58,442 bases of DNA. Source: Fibrobacter sp. (GTDB lineage Bacteria > Fibrobacterota > Fibrobacteria > Fibrobacterales > Fibrobacteraceae). Positions 46,389 through 57,057 of this stretch are shown piece after piece. The first letter of the stretch is position 1; each line of letters starts with the position of its first letter. The notes below the pieces were generated by a model. That model had not been told where the DNA came from. It saw nothing but the letters and a program-made list of their open reading frames with translations, and ran no database searches. Where the stretch lies: contig JAEDLI010000001.1 in NCBI GenBank assembly GCA_016295375.1, forward strand, positions 1-58,442. The letters run 5' to 3'. Both the position numbers and the translations under genes were made by a program.

Positions 46389-46573
46389 GTAATGAGTTGT
46401 GAGTTGCGAGTTGTGAGTTGTCATCCTCCGAAGGAGGATCCATACCGCTTTATACAGGCGTAGGTATGAAAAGTCTAGGTACCAGCGACCTCGAACCTCA
46501 AACCTCATGTCTCAAAGCGAAGCGACCTCAAACCCCTAACCTCTAGATCCTAAATCCTAGCCCCTAACCCCTA
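46388..46573. repeat. Heptamer arms plus REP-like palindrome (46420-46440)
   Basis: GAGTTGT x4; GTCATCCTCCGAAGGAGGATC; AACCTCA units and TAGATCC/TAAATCC/TAGCCCC/TAACCCC. Confidence 0.65.
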
Positions 46574-46575
46574 AA

Positions 46576-47427
46576 ATGAACACTCCCTTCTACATTTTCA
46601 TGAAACTCTTGCCGAAGAATGCCGCTAGCCGTGCCTTCGGTGCTTTGACCCGCCTCCGTCTGCCTGTGATTTCGAAGGTGGCCCGCAATGCCTTTGCCGC
46701 CTATTACAAGCTGAACATGGAAGAGGCCGAATACCCGCTGGAACATTACGCCAACATCGGTGAGCTGTTTATCCGGCACTTGAAACCCGGTGCCCGCCCG
46801 ATTGCGGAATCTGAAATTGTTTCTCCAGTAGATGGTGTGCTTTCCCAGACGGCCACATTCGACGAAAAGCAGGAGATGATTCAGGCGAAAGGCAAGACAT
46901 ACACTTTGAAGGACCTGCTCCGCGATGACGAAATGGCCAAGCGGTTTGAAGGCGGTGCTTTTGCGACGATTTACTTGGCGCCTTTCAACTACCACCGCAT
47001 ACACAGTCCTGTTGCAGGAACGGTGGTGGGTGCCAGTTACTGTCCGGGAACTCTCTGGCCGGTAAATGTGGGCAGCGTTGAGCGAGTAGAAGGGCTGTTC
47101 TGCATTAACGAACGCCTTACCAGCCATATCCGCCTGGACAACGGCTCCGAGATGCTTGTGGTCAAGGTCGGGGCTACCAATGTGGGCCGTATCGGTGTGG
47201 CCTACACCGATGAGCTTCTGGTAAATGCGGGCAAGCTCCCTAGGGACTGCAAGCGTTACGACTGGAAACCCTCCGGCGAAATCCGCGTGGAAAAAGGCGG
47301 GGAGCTGGGACGCTTCGAGATGGGCAGCACCGTCATTCTCGTAGTGGACAAGACGATTCGGGAACGCCATCCGGACCTGTTCAAGTCCAGGCTGGGCTCT
47401 GCCGTCAAGATGGGCGAGGCGCTTTAA
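46576..47427 (+). CDS. psd: Phosphatidylserine decarboxylase proenzyme
   Basis: SPVDG, IQAKG, YLAPFNYHRIHSP, LFCINER, VGATNVG and RFEMGSTV cleavage motif. Confidence 0.95.
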   Translation: MNTPFYIFMKLLPKNAASRAFGALTRLRLPVISKVARNAFAAYYKLNMEEAEYPLEHYANIGELFIRHLKPGARPIAESEIVSPVDGVLSQTATFDEKQEMIQAKGKTYTLKDLLRDDEMAKRFEGGAFATIYLAPFNYHRIHSPVAGTVVGASYCPGTLWPVNVGSVERVEGLFCINERLTSHIRLDNGSEMLVVKVGATNVGRIGVAYTDELLVNAGKLPRDCKRYDWKPSGEIRVEKGGELGRFEMGSTVILVVDKTIRERHPDLFKSRLGSAVKMGEAL

Positions 47428-47452
47428 GGCCCGAATCGTTGGTGACGCCCCT

Positions 47453-48286
47453 ATGGTCTCTGCAAAGCGATTTCTGCAAGACGAACCTGTCCTTGGCAGG
47501 GCGCTTCGCCTGTTTGTAGAACGCTTTGCCAATCTGGACGATCCGGTTTTGCAGGTGTCGGCTCATGCAAAAACAGACGACGAAAAAATTGCCTGGACTC
47601 TGCTTGGAACGGCCCTGTATCAAGACCTGCGCATGGACGAAATTGCCGCACTGCTTGTGGCGCTTTGTCGCAAGTTCTCCGGAGACAAACTCTGGACTTT
47701 GCCTGTGCCCAAGGGTGGCGATATTGAGGCTGTTGTGGAGTCCGCCCTTGGAAACCGGGACTGGTCTTTGTTCAAGAACGTAGCGGGAATTTTTTGGAGC
47801 GTTGGCTTTTTTGTCCGCCGGCACGGAGACTTGAAAAACTGGATTGCAAGTTCCACTCCTGAAGAGATGTGGCGAGACATGGGAGAGATTTATTTTATGG
47901 GAAAGCGTGGCGCGCGGCCTAAGGCCTGCGCCGCCATCTACCGCCTGTGCGGAAAGACTCCCGCTGGTCTTGGCTATGGGGTGGGGCGAGGGCTCAAGCG
48001 TTTCCGTTGGCCGGACCTGCCTTTGACCATGGGGGCGAGACGAATCCTCTCTATCATGGGGCCTGCCCGGGAAGGCGGTTTTGCAGACCTTTCGCCTGAG
48101 CAGAAGCAGAAAATGCTGAATGATTTTTGCGTGGCCTTGTTGCCAGAAAATCCCTATGCCGTGGCTCATTCGCTGCAGTTCTATTTGGAAGAAGGGAAAA
48201 ATTCCTTTATGTGCAGTGAGTGTCAGGCGGGTTGTGCCAACTGCCCGATTTACGAGTTCTGTGATTACGGGGTGAAAGAATCATGA
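47453..48286 (+). CDS. Hypothetical protein with C-terminal Cys cluster
   Basis: 277-aa ORF ending C-x2-C-x3-C-x2-C-P-x4-C. Confidence 0.7.
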   Translation: MVSAKRFLQDEPVLGRALRLFVERFANLDDPVLQVSAHAKTDDEKIAWTLLGTALYQDLRMDEIAALLVALCRKFSGDKLWTLPVPKGGDIEAVVESALGNRDWSLFKNVAGIFWSVGFFVRRHGDLKNWIASSTPEEMWRDMGEIYFMGKRGARPKACAAIYRLCGKTPAGLGYGVGRGLKRFRWPDLPLTMGARRILSIMGPAREGGFADLSPEQKQKMLNDFCVALLPENPYAVAHSLQFYLEEGKNSFMCSECQAGCANCPIYEFCDYGVKES

Positions 48287-49095
48287 TCCGTCTTTTTCTC
48301 GCGATAGTCGTGTTTGCGTTATGGGGTTGCTCCGAAGAGCATGTCAAGATGGACTATTCCAAGCTCCGGTTCGAGGGCCGTAAACCTATGCGTGTTTCGG
48401 TGGATTCCTCCAAGGTGCAGGGTAACGGTTTTGTGCGTGAGGTAGACTTGCGCTATGCGACCCAGTGGGGCGATACGCTGAATGTTTCTGTGTTGGAGTT
48501 TAAGGGCGACGTTTATGCGTTGGACTACTACACCAACAGCGGGCGGTTCCAGGGGGCCCATTCCATTTTGCGAGGAAAGTATCTGGAGCAGAGCATTCGC
48601 GCCGACTACCGGATTTTCGTATTCCGGCATGACAGTTTCAGGCGTTACGAACGGCGCACTCTGGAAAATTTCGTCCGCTCGGTGCCGGGGGTGCGCATCG
48701 GCTTCCCTCAGGAGTTCCTAAGCTTGCCCTTTGAACATCGGGAGACGGGCAGGACTACCATCCAGACCAAAAATTTCTTGGGTGTAAAGTCCTTTTTCCC
48801 GGTGCTGGAGCAGAGCTATTCCGACGACAATCTGGCCTGGAACGTGGCCCGCAGTTGGGACCTGGTGGAGGAAACTCGCTACCTGGAGTGGGTAAAGCAG
48901 TTGAAGCGGGCGAATCCCCGGAATATCGAACAGGACGAAGATGTCTGCTATTTCACGGCAGGAGATGGCGCCCGAGGGATGGCGACCCAGCTCTCCGGTG
49001 GACGCGTGGTGGTGGTTTGGGGTTACATGGACTGGCCTGACCTGAACCAAAAGTTCCTGGTGGCAGGCGACCGGATTTTTGAAGCACGATATTAG
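48283..49095 (+). CDS. Hypothetical lipoprotein
   Basis: MIRLFLAIVVFALWG-C lipobox; ATGA overlap with the previous gene. Confidence 0.75.
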   Translation: MIRLFLAIVVFALWGCSEEHVKMDYSKLRFEGRKPMRVSVDSSKVQGNGFVREVDLRYATQWGDTLNVSVLEFKGDVYALDYYTNSGRFQGAHSILRGKYLEQSIRADYRIFVFRHDSFRRYERRTLENFVRSVPGVRIGFPQEFLSLPFEHRETGRTTIQTKNFLGVKSFFPVLEQSYSDDNLAWNVARSWDLVEETRYLEWVKQLKRANPRNIEQDEDVCYFTAGDGARGMATQLSGGRVVVVWGYMDWPDLNQKFLVAGDRIFEARY

Positions 49096-49110
49096 CGGCT
49101 TCGCCGCAGT

Positions 49111-49187
49111 TCTGAGTTCTAAGTTATTAGTTACTAGTGAAAAGTAGGACGTTTTTTCTAGTAACTAGTAACTAGTAACTAGTAACT
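49111..49187. repeat. Inverted heptamer array
   Basis: GAGTTCT-AAGTTAT-TAGTTACTAG ... CTAGTAA x4. Confidence 0.75.
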
Positions 49188-49217
49188 GTTTGCTTGTTAT
49201 TTTATTATATTCAAGAC

Positions 49218-49553
49218 ATGGCTATTGAAAAACTTGCAGAAACTCTTTTGGAAAAGCTCCGCTTTATTACCCAGGCGGAAACAGTCATCGGTCAGCCTAT
49301 CCAGGCGGGCGAATCTACGGTGGTTCCCGTGAGCCGTGTATCCGTGGGTTTCGGCTTTGGCGGTCATGCCGGCAAGGGCGATACCTCTGCCTCTGGCGGT
49401 GGCGCTTCTGTTGAACCGGTAGCTTTCTTGGTCATCAAGGGCGATGACGTTCGCGTGATGCCCATTAGCAAGGATAGCTCACTGGTGTCCAAGGTCATGG
49501 ACATTGTTCCCGACGTGGTGAACAAGTTCAGCAAAAAGACTGACGCTGAATAA
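49218..49553 (+). CDS. YtfJ/GerW family protein
   Basis: TVIGQPI, VVPVSRVSVGFGFGG and GGGASVEPVAFLVI motifs. Confidence 0.85.
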   Translation: MAIEKLAETLLEKLRFITQAETVIGQPIQAGESTVVPVSRVSVGFGFGGHAGKGDTSASGGGASVEPVAFLVIKGDDVRVMPISKDSSLVSKVMDIVPDVVNKFSKKTDAE

Positions 49554-49596
49554 CGTTTTCATAGCGAGGACGCTAGGTCTTCGCCTATTCAAGGTT

Positions 49597-49712
49597 GTCA
49601 TGCCCGCGTAGGCGGGCATCTTCTATATAAAAAAGACCCCCGCCTTTTTGTCCACAGAGTGGATAACTCAACTAAGGCAATAAATTGCCAAGTTTCGTAT
49701 AGCGGGGGTGAC
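49597..49712. repeat. Two REP-like elements, the second with a ~55-nt insert in its loop
   Basis: GTCATGCCCGC-GTAG-GCGGGCATC, then GACCCCCGCC[...]GCGGGGGTGAC. Confidence 0.7.
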
Positions 49713-49749
49713 ATTTTTGGGGGAGGGCGGAAGCCTTCCCTAATCTCTA

Positions 49750-50856
49750 TTACCCCAGAACTTTCTTTTCGAAGTCGCCGAGGCAGTCCACCAGGGCCTG
49801 CACGCCTTCCACCGGCATAGCGTTGTAGATGGATGCGCGGAAGCCGCCCACGGAGCGGTGACCCTTGAGCTGCTGCAGACCGCGGGCCTTGGCGAATTCC
49901 AGGAATTCCTTGGCCAGGTCGTCAGCCTTGTCGGCGGCCACAACGTCCTTGTTGAACACGAAGGGCACGTTCATGATGGAGCGGTCTTCCTTGGCGGCGG
50001 TACCCACGAACACCTTGGAGTTGTCGAGAGCGCTGTAGAGGAGAGCGGCCTTGCTGCGGTTCACTTTTTCGATGGCTTCCACACCGCCGAAATCCTTGAG
50101 CCACTTCAGGGTGCGGTTCATCACGTACACGGCAAATACCGGCGGAGTGTTGAACATGTTCTTCGCATCGATGTGGGTCTGGAAGTTCAGCATGGTGGGA
50201 ATAGTGCGGTTCACCTTGCCCAGCAGGTCCTTGCGGATGATGGTCACGGTGACGCCTGCGCAGCTGATGTTCTTCTGGGCGCCACCATAGACAACGCCGA
50301 AGTCAGACACGTTGATCTTACGGGCGAGGAAGTCGGAGCTCACGTCGGCCATGAGGAATCCAGACTTCGGCTTCGGGATGTTGTGCCATTCCGTACCGTA
50401 GATGGTGTTGTTGGCGGTGATGTGCAGGTAGGTGGCGTTGTCGCTCATCTTCAGGTTCTTGTCAATGCGGCTGTAAGTTTCGGACTTGGTGTCGCAGGCC
50501 ACGTTCACGTTACCGAACAGCTTGGCCTCTTTGCAGGCCTTGTTGGCCCACACGCCGGTCAGCGCGTAGTCGGCGGTGGCGTTCTGGTCCAAGAAGTTCA
50601 TGGGGAGCATGCAGAACAGCAGGGAGCATCCGCCGCCCAGGAACACGATGTCGTAGTTCTCGGGGATGCCCATGAGGTCGCGGAGGAACTGTTCGGTTTC
50701 TTCGAACATGCTTTCGATGGGCTTTGAACGGTGACTCATGGAAAGGATACTGATGCCGCTGTTGGCGTAATCGATGCAGGCAGCCGAGGCTTCCTTGAGT
50801 GCTTGTTCGGGCAGGACAGACGGGCCTGCGCTAAAGTTATAGACTTTGTTTGCCAT
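49750..50856 (-). CDS. serC: Phosphoserine aminotransferase
   Basis: YNFSAGPSVLP, SHRS, GAQKN, FNTPP, RSIMNVPF and LKGHRSVGGFRASIYNA motifs. Confidence 0.97.
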   Translation of the reverse strand: MANKVYNFSAGPSVLPEQALKEASAACIDYANSGISILSMSHRSKPIESMFEETEQFLRDLMGIPENYDIVFLGGGCSLLFCMLPMNFLDQNATADYALTGVWANKACKEAKLFGNVNVACDTKSETYSRIDKNLKMSDNATYLHITANNTIYGTEWHNIPKPKSGFLMADVSSDFLARKINVSDFGVVYGGAQKNISCAGVTVTIIRKDLLGKVNRTIPTMLNFQTHIDAKNMFNTPPVFAVYVMNRTLKWLKDFGGVEAIEKVNRSKAALLYSALDNSKVFVGTAAKEDRSIMNVPFVFNKDVVAADKADDLAKEFLEFAKARGLQQLKGHRSVGGFRASIYNAMPVEGVQALVDCLGDFEKKVLG

Positions 50857-51204
50857 GATTCGTTCCTTTTTTGAGGGTGGTCCCTATAGTTTTTTGCGTT
50901 GCCAAATCTAGAAAAATGAAGGCTTATTCGGGGGCATTCCGAGTGGAACGAAGTGGAGTGATAAACAAAATCGATAATTGAAGCCTCTTATTGGGGTGAT
51001 TTCGTTGCGTATGATTCGGGACCCGCAGATTGATTATTCCAAATTGGAATTGTCGGCCGCCGAAATTATGGGAAAAGGCTTAACAACATAATGTGTAAAA
51101 ATAAATTTACAAAAAAAAACAAAATTTAGTTTGTTTTGAATTATATTTACAAAATAACTTACCGTTTAAATTTTCTTTTTTGCAATCAGCGAAAGTGAGG
51201 CCCT

Positions 51205-54200
51205 ATGCTACAATTCCGCTTCCCCAAACTCCTTGCCCTAGGTGTACTCACTTTGGGTCTTTTCTCTGCTACATTCGCTAGCGACATCACGCCCCTGCGC
51301 ACAGGGCCGGTGAGCCAGTACGGCCAGCTGCAGGCGGGCAAGAACGCAAGCGGCAAAGGCCGGATTTACGGCAACTGTGCCGCCTATAGCACCAGCGACA
51401 ACGAGGTCGTGGTGAAGGGTATGAGTCTTTTCTGGAGTTGTGCCGCAAATCAACAGCGGTACTGGAAAAAGGATGTCATTACAGGACTTGTGCAACGGCA
51501 GGATATTCAGTTGATTCGTGCTGCCATGGCTGTAGATGATATGGGCGATTGGGCTGATGGTCACTATTTTACAAAGCCCGATTTCTACCAGGCCATGCTG
51601 GATGAGGCCGTGGAGGCTGCGATAGAGAACGATATCTATGTGATTATCGACTTCCATTCCCATGTGGCGGCGGACAGTGTCGAGAACGCGAAGGCCTTTT
51701 TCAGGATTCAGGCGGAAAAATGGGGCAAATATGACAACGTGATTTTCGAGGTGTTCAACGAGCCGATTTGCGCTTCGGGTTCCGTGGGTGACAACAGCGA
51801 TTGTAGCAATTATGGCGGATTTATTGGCATGGACGACATCAAGACCTATGCCGACCAGGTGATTTCGGTGATTCGCGAGTATTCCGACAACCTGATTATC
51901 GTGGGGACCCCCCAGTGGGACCAGCACCCCGAAGCGGCGATTAATTACCCGGTGAACGACCCGAAATCCAATGTGGCCTATGCCCTACACTATTATGCGG
52001 GTGAAACCTATCATCACGATTTCAATGACCTCACGTATAACGCCGAATCGGCAATGAACAAGGGCGTGTCCGTATTTGTAAGCGAATGGGGGACGGTGGA
52101 CTGGGATGGAGGTGGTTCCGTCGGCGAAACCTGGAATCCTAGGTGGCAGACCTGGATGAACGAAAACAAGATTTCCCAGGCAAACTGGAATGCGGGAATC
52201 AACACTTCTGAAGGTGGTTTGTATTCATCGGAATACTTTGGCGCTGATTTTAACCCGACAAACAACTGGACCTATTCTGCTAGCGGCCAGTGGGTCAATG
52301 CAAATGTCTTTGCCGGACTTACGGAGGAGGAATATTCGGCTTGCACGGAATACGTGGACGAAGACTTCTTTATCCAGAGTTCCAGCAGCAGTTCCGAAGA
52401 ATCCCGTGAATATGTAGTTACGGATTTTGACGGGAATGGAAATGCTCTTTATAATTATGCCTACGCATACGGCGCCTCCGGTCTCGGGAACACCTGGGAT
52501 GCGGCATGCAACGATGGAGAAGGGTGCTATGTTTTGGTAATGGAGACCGCGGCCCAAAATGGAACTTACGGTGGAGGCCTACAGGGTATCACCGGCGACC
52601 CTCAAAGCCCGTCTGCCGGGGGTGCCGCAGTGTTCAATGTAGCCGTTCCGGGATTGTCTGGTTGTAAAGTGCTGCAATATAGCTACAAGGGGGCGGAACA
52701 CACACTCAAGGTTCGGTTGAATGAAAGCGATGACTACACCTACATAAAAACGGGCTTTGCGCCAAAAACGGATTGGACCATGGCGACGGTGTCCGTTGCG
52801 GATATGGAAGATATGCATGGTTATGGGACATTGGGAGAAAATGCAGGAAGCGTTTCCGACATCCGTTTTGAGGTAGTTGGGCAACCAAGTCCCGATTATC
52901 TCTACATCGACGATGTGGAGTGCGTGCTGGGAGGCCCCTCCAGCAGTTCCGGCGGTGACGAACCTGCAAGCAGCTCCAGCATAAAACTCCCGGTCGTTGC
53001 GGCACCCACCACCCACACGGAACTGTTCGACGATTTCGAGGATGGCGATTACATGCCGTTGTGGGAAGGCGTTGGAAATTTCTGGGCAGAGACGGATGTT
53101 GTTGGTGGCGGCGGATCTTCGAATGCGGAGCTTTCCTTTGTGAAGGGAAGTGCTTCGGCCAAGGCTCTGCAAATGTCATACTCCCTGGATGTGGGGGACT
53201 ATCCATGGGGTCCTCCCTATGTAACTATTTCCACCAACGATTTTAACGAGATGAATTTGTCACAGTGCTCGGAAGTCCGCTACGATTACAAGGGCGCAGC
53301 CCACAAGTTCCGCTTGAAGGTGAATTCGACCATGAATGACCTGCTGGACATGGGCTGGGGATTCCCCACCTTTGCGGTAACATCGCCTAGCGACTCCTGG
53401 CAGACCGTGACGATTCCCGTCGCAAGCCTTGCGCAGGAATGGACGGGCTCAAGCGGCAACTGGGTGGATGTAGAAACGGTACTCCAGTATGCGAATGGCT
53501 TTGACTGGAGGGTTGATGGTGAAGACGCAGACGACAAATCCAGCGGCACTCTCGCTATCGACAATATCCGTTGCGTGGGCCTCGCCGAAACGCAGTACTA
53601 CAGGATTACATTCATGAACGGCACCGAGCCCTATGAAGCAAAGGATTGGGCCGCAGGCTCCAATGTACCGGACCCCGAAGGGACACCTGCCAAGGCCCCT
53701 GATGCCCAGTTCACTTATACTTTCAGCAATTGGACCTATGGCAGCGACGGATATGGTAATCCCACGAGGTATGTGACCGGCACTGCCACCTACGATGCCG
53801 TTTACAGCCCCGTTCTAAGGGCCTACACGGTTACCTTCTTGATGGATGACGGGACTCCTGTTGAAAACGGGGTGCTTGAAGACGTGGAATATGGAACCCT
53901 GATTTCGTCCATTGTTCCTGCGGACCCCACCAAGGAATCGACTGCCGAATACACCTATGCCTTTACGGGCTGGAGTCCCGATATTGCGGATGCCACTGTG
54001 ACGGGAGACATCGATTACACGGCCGTGTTTAGTGAAAATAAGAACAAGTATGCCGTTACCTTTGTGGACGATGACGAATCCATTTTGAAAGCTGCGGTTG
54101 AGTATGATTACGGCACGTTGCCCGGGGCTATCGATGTGCCCACGGTCGAAGGTAAGAATGGCAAGAAATTTGCGGGTTGGGAACCCGGGCTAGCCACGGT

Positions 54201-55653
54201 TACAAAGGAGGTCACTTACAAGGCGGTCTATACCGACAAGATTGTCATCACCTGGAAAGATGACGACGGCTCCGTGCTGCGTCAAGATTATGTTGATGAT
54301 GGCGATATGCCGAACTATGGTAAAGCACCTGCAAAGGAATCCACGGCTGAATTCACCTATACATTCGACAAGTGGACGCCAACGGTGGTTGCCGCTACGG
54401 AGAATGCGACCTATACGGCCTCGTATACAAGCGTGAAGAACAAGTACGACGTGACATTTGTGGCCGAGCATAATTCCAATATGGACAAGACCGTTTCTGT
54501 GGAATATGGAACCTTGGTGAATTCTGTCGCACCCTTGATTACCGGAGCATGGACAATTGAGTGGAACTATGAATTTGACGGTTGGGTACCAGCCATTACG
54601 GATGAGACAATCGTGACGGGCGAAGCTACCTATACGGCAAAATACAAGGTGACGAAGAACCGGTACACCGTTACCTTTGTGATGGACGATGGTATTGAGA
54701 AAGTTGCGGATGATGTTACTGTGGACTATGGAACATCAATTGCCTCTATCATTCCGTCGACCGACCCTGTCAAGCAGGCTACTGCTGCAAGGACCTACGA
54801 ATTCGACAGGTGGGTGATAAAGGTTTCCGACATCGAGGATACGGAACTGGCTGAAGGTGCTGTTCTTGTTTCCGACATGAAGCTCAAGGCCGTATTCAAG
54901 GAATTCCCACGCAAATACGGAATCACTTTCTTGAACGAGGACAACAGCGTCTTTAAAGCACAGGTCTTGTATGAGTATGGCACCCTGGCCAGCGTGATTT
55001 TGCCGGAGGAAAATCCGACCAAGGATAGCGACGACAAATTCAGCTACACCTTTGCGAATTGGGACCCCCAGGTGACCGATGTGACAGGAGAGGCTGTCTA
55101 CAGGCCGGTATTCACTTCAACCGCGCTTGCACCCGAGTCTTCCAGCAGCTCTGCGGAAGAGCCGGAGTCCAGTAGCAGCGAAGAGCCGGAATCTAGCAGT
55201 GCCGAGGTGGCTGAGTCCAGCAGCAGTGAAACGCCGGTTGTCTCCAGCTCCAGCGAAACGGTTGTGGCTAGCAGCAGTTCCGAGAAACCTGTCTCTAGTA
55301 GCAGTACGGAGATTGCCGAGAACTCTTCGAGTTCAACTTCGGCGCCTCTCAGTTCAAGTCGCAATGACGATGAAAAATCCAGCTCCAGCTCTGCCGACAA
55401 GACCGACGGACTTTACCCGGCGGTGGGCAGTGTGAACATGATTTTTGCCCACAACGAGCTGACGGTCACCGTGCCTAAGGCGTCGGAAGTGAAAGTCCTC
55501 GTGTTTGACATGCAGGGTCACCTGCAGGAACATTACCTGGGCTACTCCGCCGGAGACCACGTGGTGTCCCTCGGACACCTGAACAGGGGCGTCTACATTG
55601 TCCGGGTGGCAGGCGGGAACGTTGTGAAGACCCAACGGATAATGATAAAGTAG
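51205..55653 (+). CDS. Secreted GH5 (subfamily 2-like) cellulase with two CBM11-like modules, B-repeat-like units and C-terminal sorting-type domain
   Basis: GMSLFW, YVIIDFHSH, IFEVFNEP, HYYAG and FVSEWGT motifs; FDDFEDG...LAIDNIRC module; paralogue of 22673-26233. Confidence 0.92.
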   Translation: MLQFRFPKLLALGVLTLGLFSATFASDITPLRTGPVSQYGQLQAGKNASGKGRIYGNCAAYSTSDNEVVVKGMSLFWSCAANQQRYWKKDVITGLVQRQDIQLIRAAMAVDDMGDWADGHYFTKPDFYQAMLDEAVEAAIENDIYVIIDFHSHVAADSVENAKAFFRIQAEKWGKYDNVIFEVFNEPICASGSVGDNSDCSNYGGFIGMDDIKTYADQVISVIREYSDNLIIVGTPQWDQHPEAAINYPVNDPKSNVAYALHYYAGETYHHDFNDLTYNAESAMNKGVSVFVSEWGTVDWDGGGSVGETWNPRWQTWMNENKISQANWNAGINTSEGGLYSSEYFGADFNPTNNWTYSASGQWVNANVFAGLTEEEYSACTEYVDEDFFIQSSSSSSEESREYVVTDFDGNGNALYNYAYAYGASGLGNTWDAACNDGEGCYVLVMETAAQNGTYGGGLQGITGDPQSPSAGGAAVFNVAVPGLSGCKVLQYSYKGAEHTLKVRLNESDDYTYIKTGFAPKTDWTMATVSVADMEDMHGYGTLGENAGSVSDIRFEVVGQPSPDYLYIDDVECVLGGPSSSSGGDEPASSSSIKLPVVAAPTTHTELFDDFEDGDYMPLWEGVGNFWAETDVVGGGGSSNAELSFVKGSASAKALQMSYSLDVGDYPWGPPYVTISTNDFNEMNLSQCSEVRYDYKGAAHKFRLKVNSTMNDLLDMGWGFPTFAVTSPSDSWQTVTIPVASLAQEWTGSSGNWVDVETVLQYANGFDWRVDGEDADDKSSGTLAIDNIRCVGLAETQYYRITFMNGTEPYEAKDWAAGSNVPDPEGTPAKAPDAQFTYTFSNWTYGSDGYGNPTRYVTGTATYDAVYSPVLRAYTVTFLMDDGTPVENGVLEDVEYGTLISSIVPADPTKESTAEYTYAFTGWSPDIADATVTGDIDYTAVFSENKNKYAVTFVDDDESILKAAVEYDYGTLPGAIDVPTVEGKNGKKFAGWEPGLATVTKEVTYKAVYTDKIVITWKDDDGSVLRQDYVDDGDMPNYGKAPAKESTAEFTYTFDKWTPTVVAATENATYTASYTSVKNKYDVTFVAEHNSNMDKTVSVEYGTLVNSVAPLITGAWTIEWNYEFDGWVPAITDETIVTGEATYTAKYKVTKNRYTVTFVMDDGIEKVADDVTVDYGTSIASIIPSTDPVKQATAARTYEFDRWVIKVSDIEDTELAEGAVLVSDMKLKAVFKEFPRKYGITFLNEDNSVFKAQVLYEYGTLASVILPEENPTKDSDDKFSYTFANWDPQVTDVTGEAVYRPVFTSTALAPESSSSSAEEPESSSSEEPESSSAEVAESSSSETPVVSSSSETVVASSSSEKPVSSSSTEIAENSSSSTSAPLSSSRNDDEKSSSSSADKTDGLYPAVGSVNMIFAHNELTVTVPKASEVKVLVFDMQGHLQEHYLGYSAGDHVVSLGHLNRGVYIVRVAGGNVVKTQRIMIK

Positions 55654-55749
55654 GGTTTGGTTTTCTACACCTCCAAACAAATTCCCGGTCGCAAGGCTGG
55701 GAATTTTCCGTAAGGGGCCTCATATCCAATTTTTTTTTCAAAAATCCCC

Positions 55750-55778
55750 TTGACAGCGGCACTACCCTTTTCTATAAT
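55750..55778 (+). promoter_or_regulatory. Sigma-70 promoter of tRNA-Lys
   Basis: TTGACA (55750-55755), 17 nt, TATAAT (55773-55778). Confidence 0.8.
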
Positions 55779-55799
55779 TGACCCCGTCCAAGCGACAAT

Positions 55800-55872
<73 letters not shown>

Positions 55873-55874
55873 CG

Positions 55875-55908
55875 AAATGCCGAAATTCGCAAGATTTCGG
55901 CATTTTTT
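55875..55908 (+). terminator. Intrinsic terminator after tRNA
   Basis: AAATGCCGAAAT-TCGCAAG-ATTTCGGCATTT followed by TTT. Confidence 0.8.
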
Positions 55909-56085
55909 GTTTTGAGGCGGACTTATTCCACAAAATCGACCTTCCAGGTGAATTGATGTGCGCTTAATCGCATTTCCTTACGAAATGGCTTTGGGGTGAG
56001 GTCTATTTCTCCTTTTTTATGTATATTTTTCTTATATGTACCCTTGCCGCTGACCGTGGCAAGTTTTTGGTGTCAAGGATTTTTT

Positions 56086-57009
56086 ATGAAGATTGTGCTG
56101 CCGGTTGCCGGTAGCGGAGTTAGGCTCCGTCCGTATACCGAAGACCGCCCCAAGTGTTTGCTGCCCGTCGCGGGCAAGACGATTATAGACTGGATTGTAG
56201 AGGACTCCCTCCCGCTGGAGCCCTCCGAGACAATTTTTATTACGGGCTACAAGGCCGACCAGATGGACGCCTTCCTCGAGGATAGGGAATGCTGGGGCAA
56301 GACCCGCACCGTCCGTCAGGAGAATCCCCAGGGTCTGGGCGAAGCTATCTCCCTGGCGCTGCCTTTCGTGAACGACGACGAGCCCATGCTGATCATCTTG
56401 GGCGATACGCTGTTCGAGGCGGACCTGTCCATCTTGAAAAACGAACAGGAAAACGTGCTGTACACCTTCAAGGTGAAGGACCCCTCCCGCTTTGGCGTGG
56501 CTGTGACCGACGGAACCGGCTCTATCCAGAAACTGGTGGAAAAACCCCAGGAGTTCGTGTCCGACGAGGCTATTGTGGGCATTTACTTCATTAAAGATGT
56601 GAAGGTCCTGAAGGAATCCCTGAAGTACCTGATGGACAACAACGTCCGTACCAAGGACGAGTTCCAGCTGACCGACGCCCTGGAAATGATGCTCCAGAAG
56701 GGCTGCAAGTTCCATACGGCTCCGGTCAAGAAGTGGCTGGACTGCGGCCTGATTGAAACGCTCCTGGCGACCAATGCCGACATTTTGAATAGGAACGACA
56801 ACTCCAAGGATGCCTCTTTCCCGGGAACCACAGTCGAAGGTCCTTGCCATATCGGAAAAGACGTGGTCATTGAGAACTGCACGCTCGGGCCCAACGTGGC
56901 CGTAGGCGATGGCTGCGTGCTGAAGAACTGCTCCATCAAGAACGCCATCCTGTGGGATCGCGTCCAGGTGAAGTACGGCTCCATCCAGGATACAATACTC
57001 CATAGATAA
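56086..57009 (+). CDS. Sugar-phosphate nucleotidyltransferase (glucose-1-phosphate thymidylyltransferase-like)
   Basis: LPVAGSGVRLRPYT..RPKCLLPVAGK, QENPQGLG, GD, VEKP and EFQLTDAL motifs; C-terminal hexapeptide repeats. Confidence 0.88.
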   Translation: MKIVLPVAGSGVRLRPYTEDRPKCLLPVAGKTIIDWIVEDSLPLEPSETIFITGYKADQMDAFLEDRECWGKTRTVRQENPQGLGEAISLALPFVNDDEPMLIILGDTLFEADLSILKNEQENVLYTFKVKDPSRFGVAVTDGTGSIQKLVEKPQEFVSDEAIVGIYFIKDVKVLKESLKYLMDNNVRTKDEFQLTDALEMMLQKGCKFHTAPVKKWLDCGLIETLLATNADILNRNDNSKDASFPGTTVEGPCHIGKDVVIENCTLGPNVAVGDGCVLKNCSIKNAILWDRVQVKYGSIQDTILHR

Positions 57010-57057
57010 AGACGGGCTGCCCCGACGAACGAAGGGGTAGCGGAAGCAGCAAGGAAA

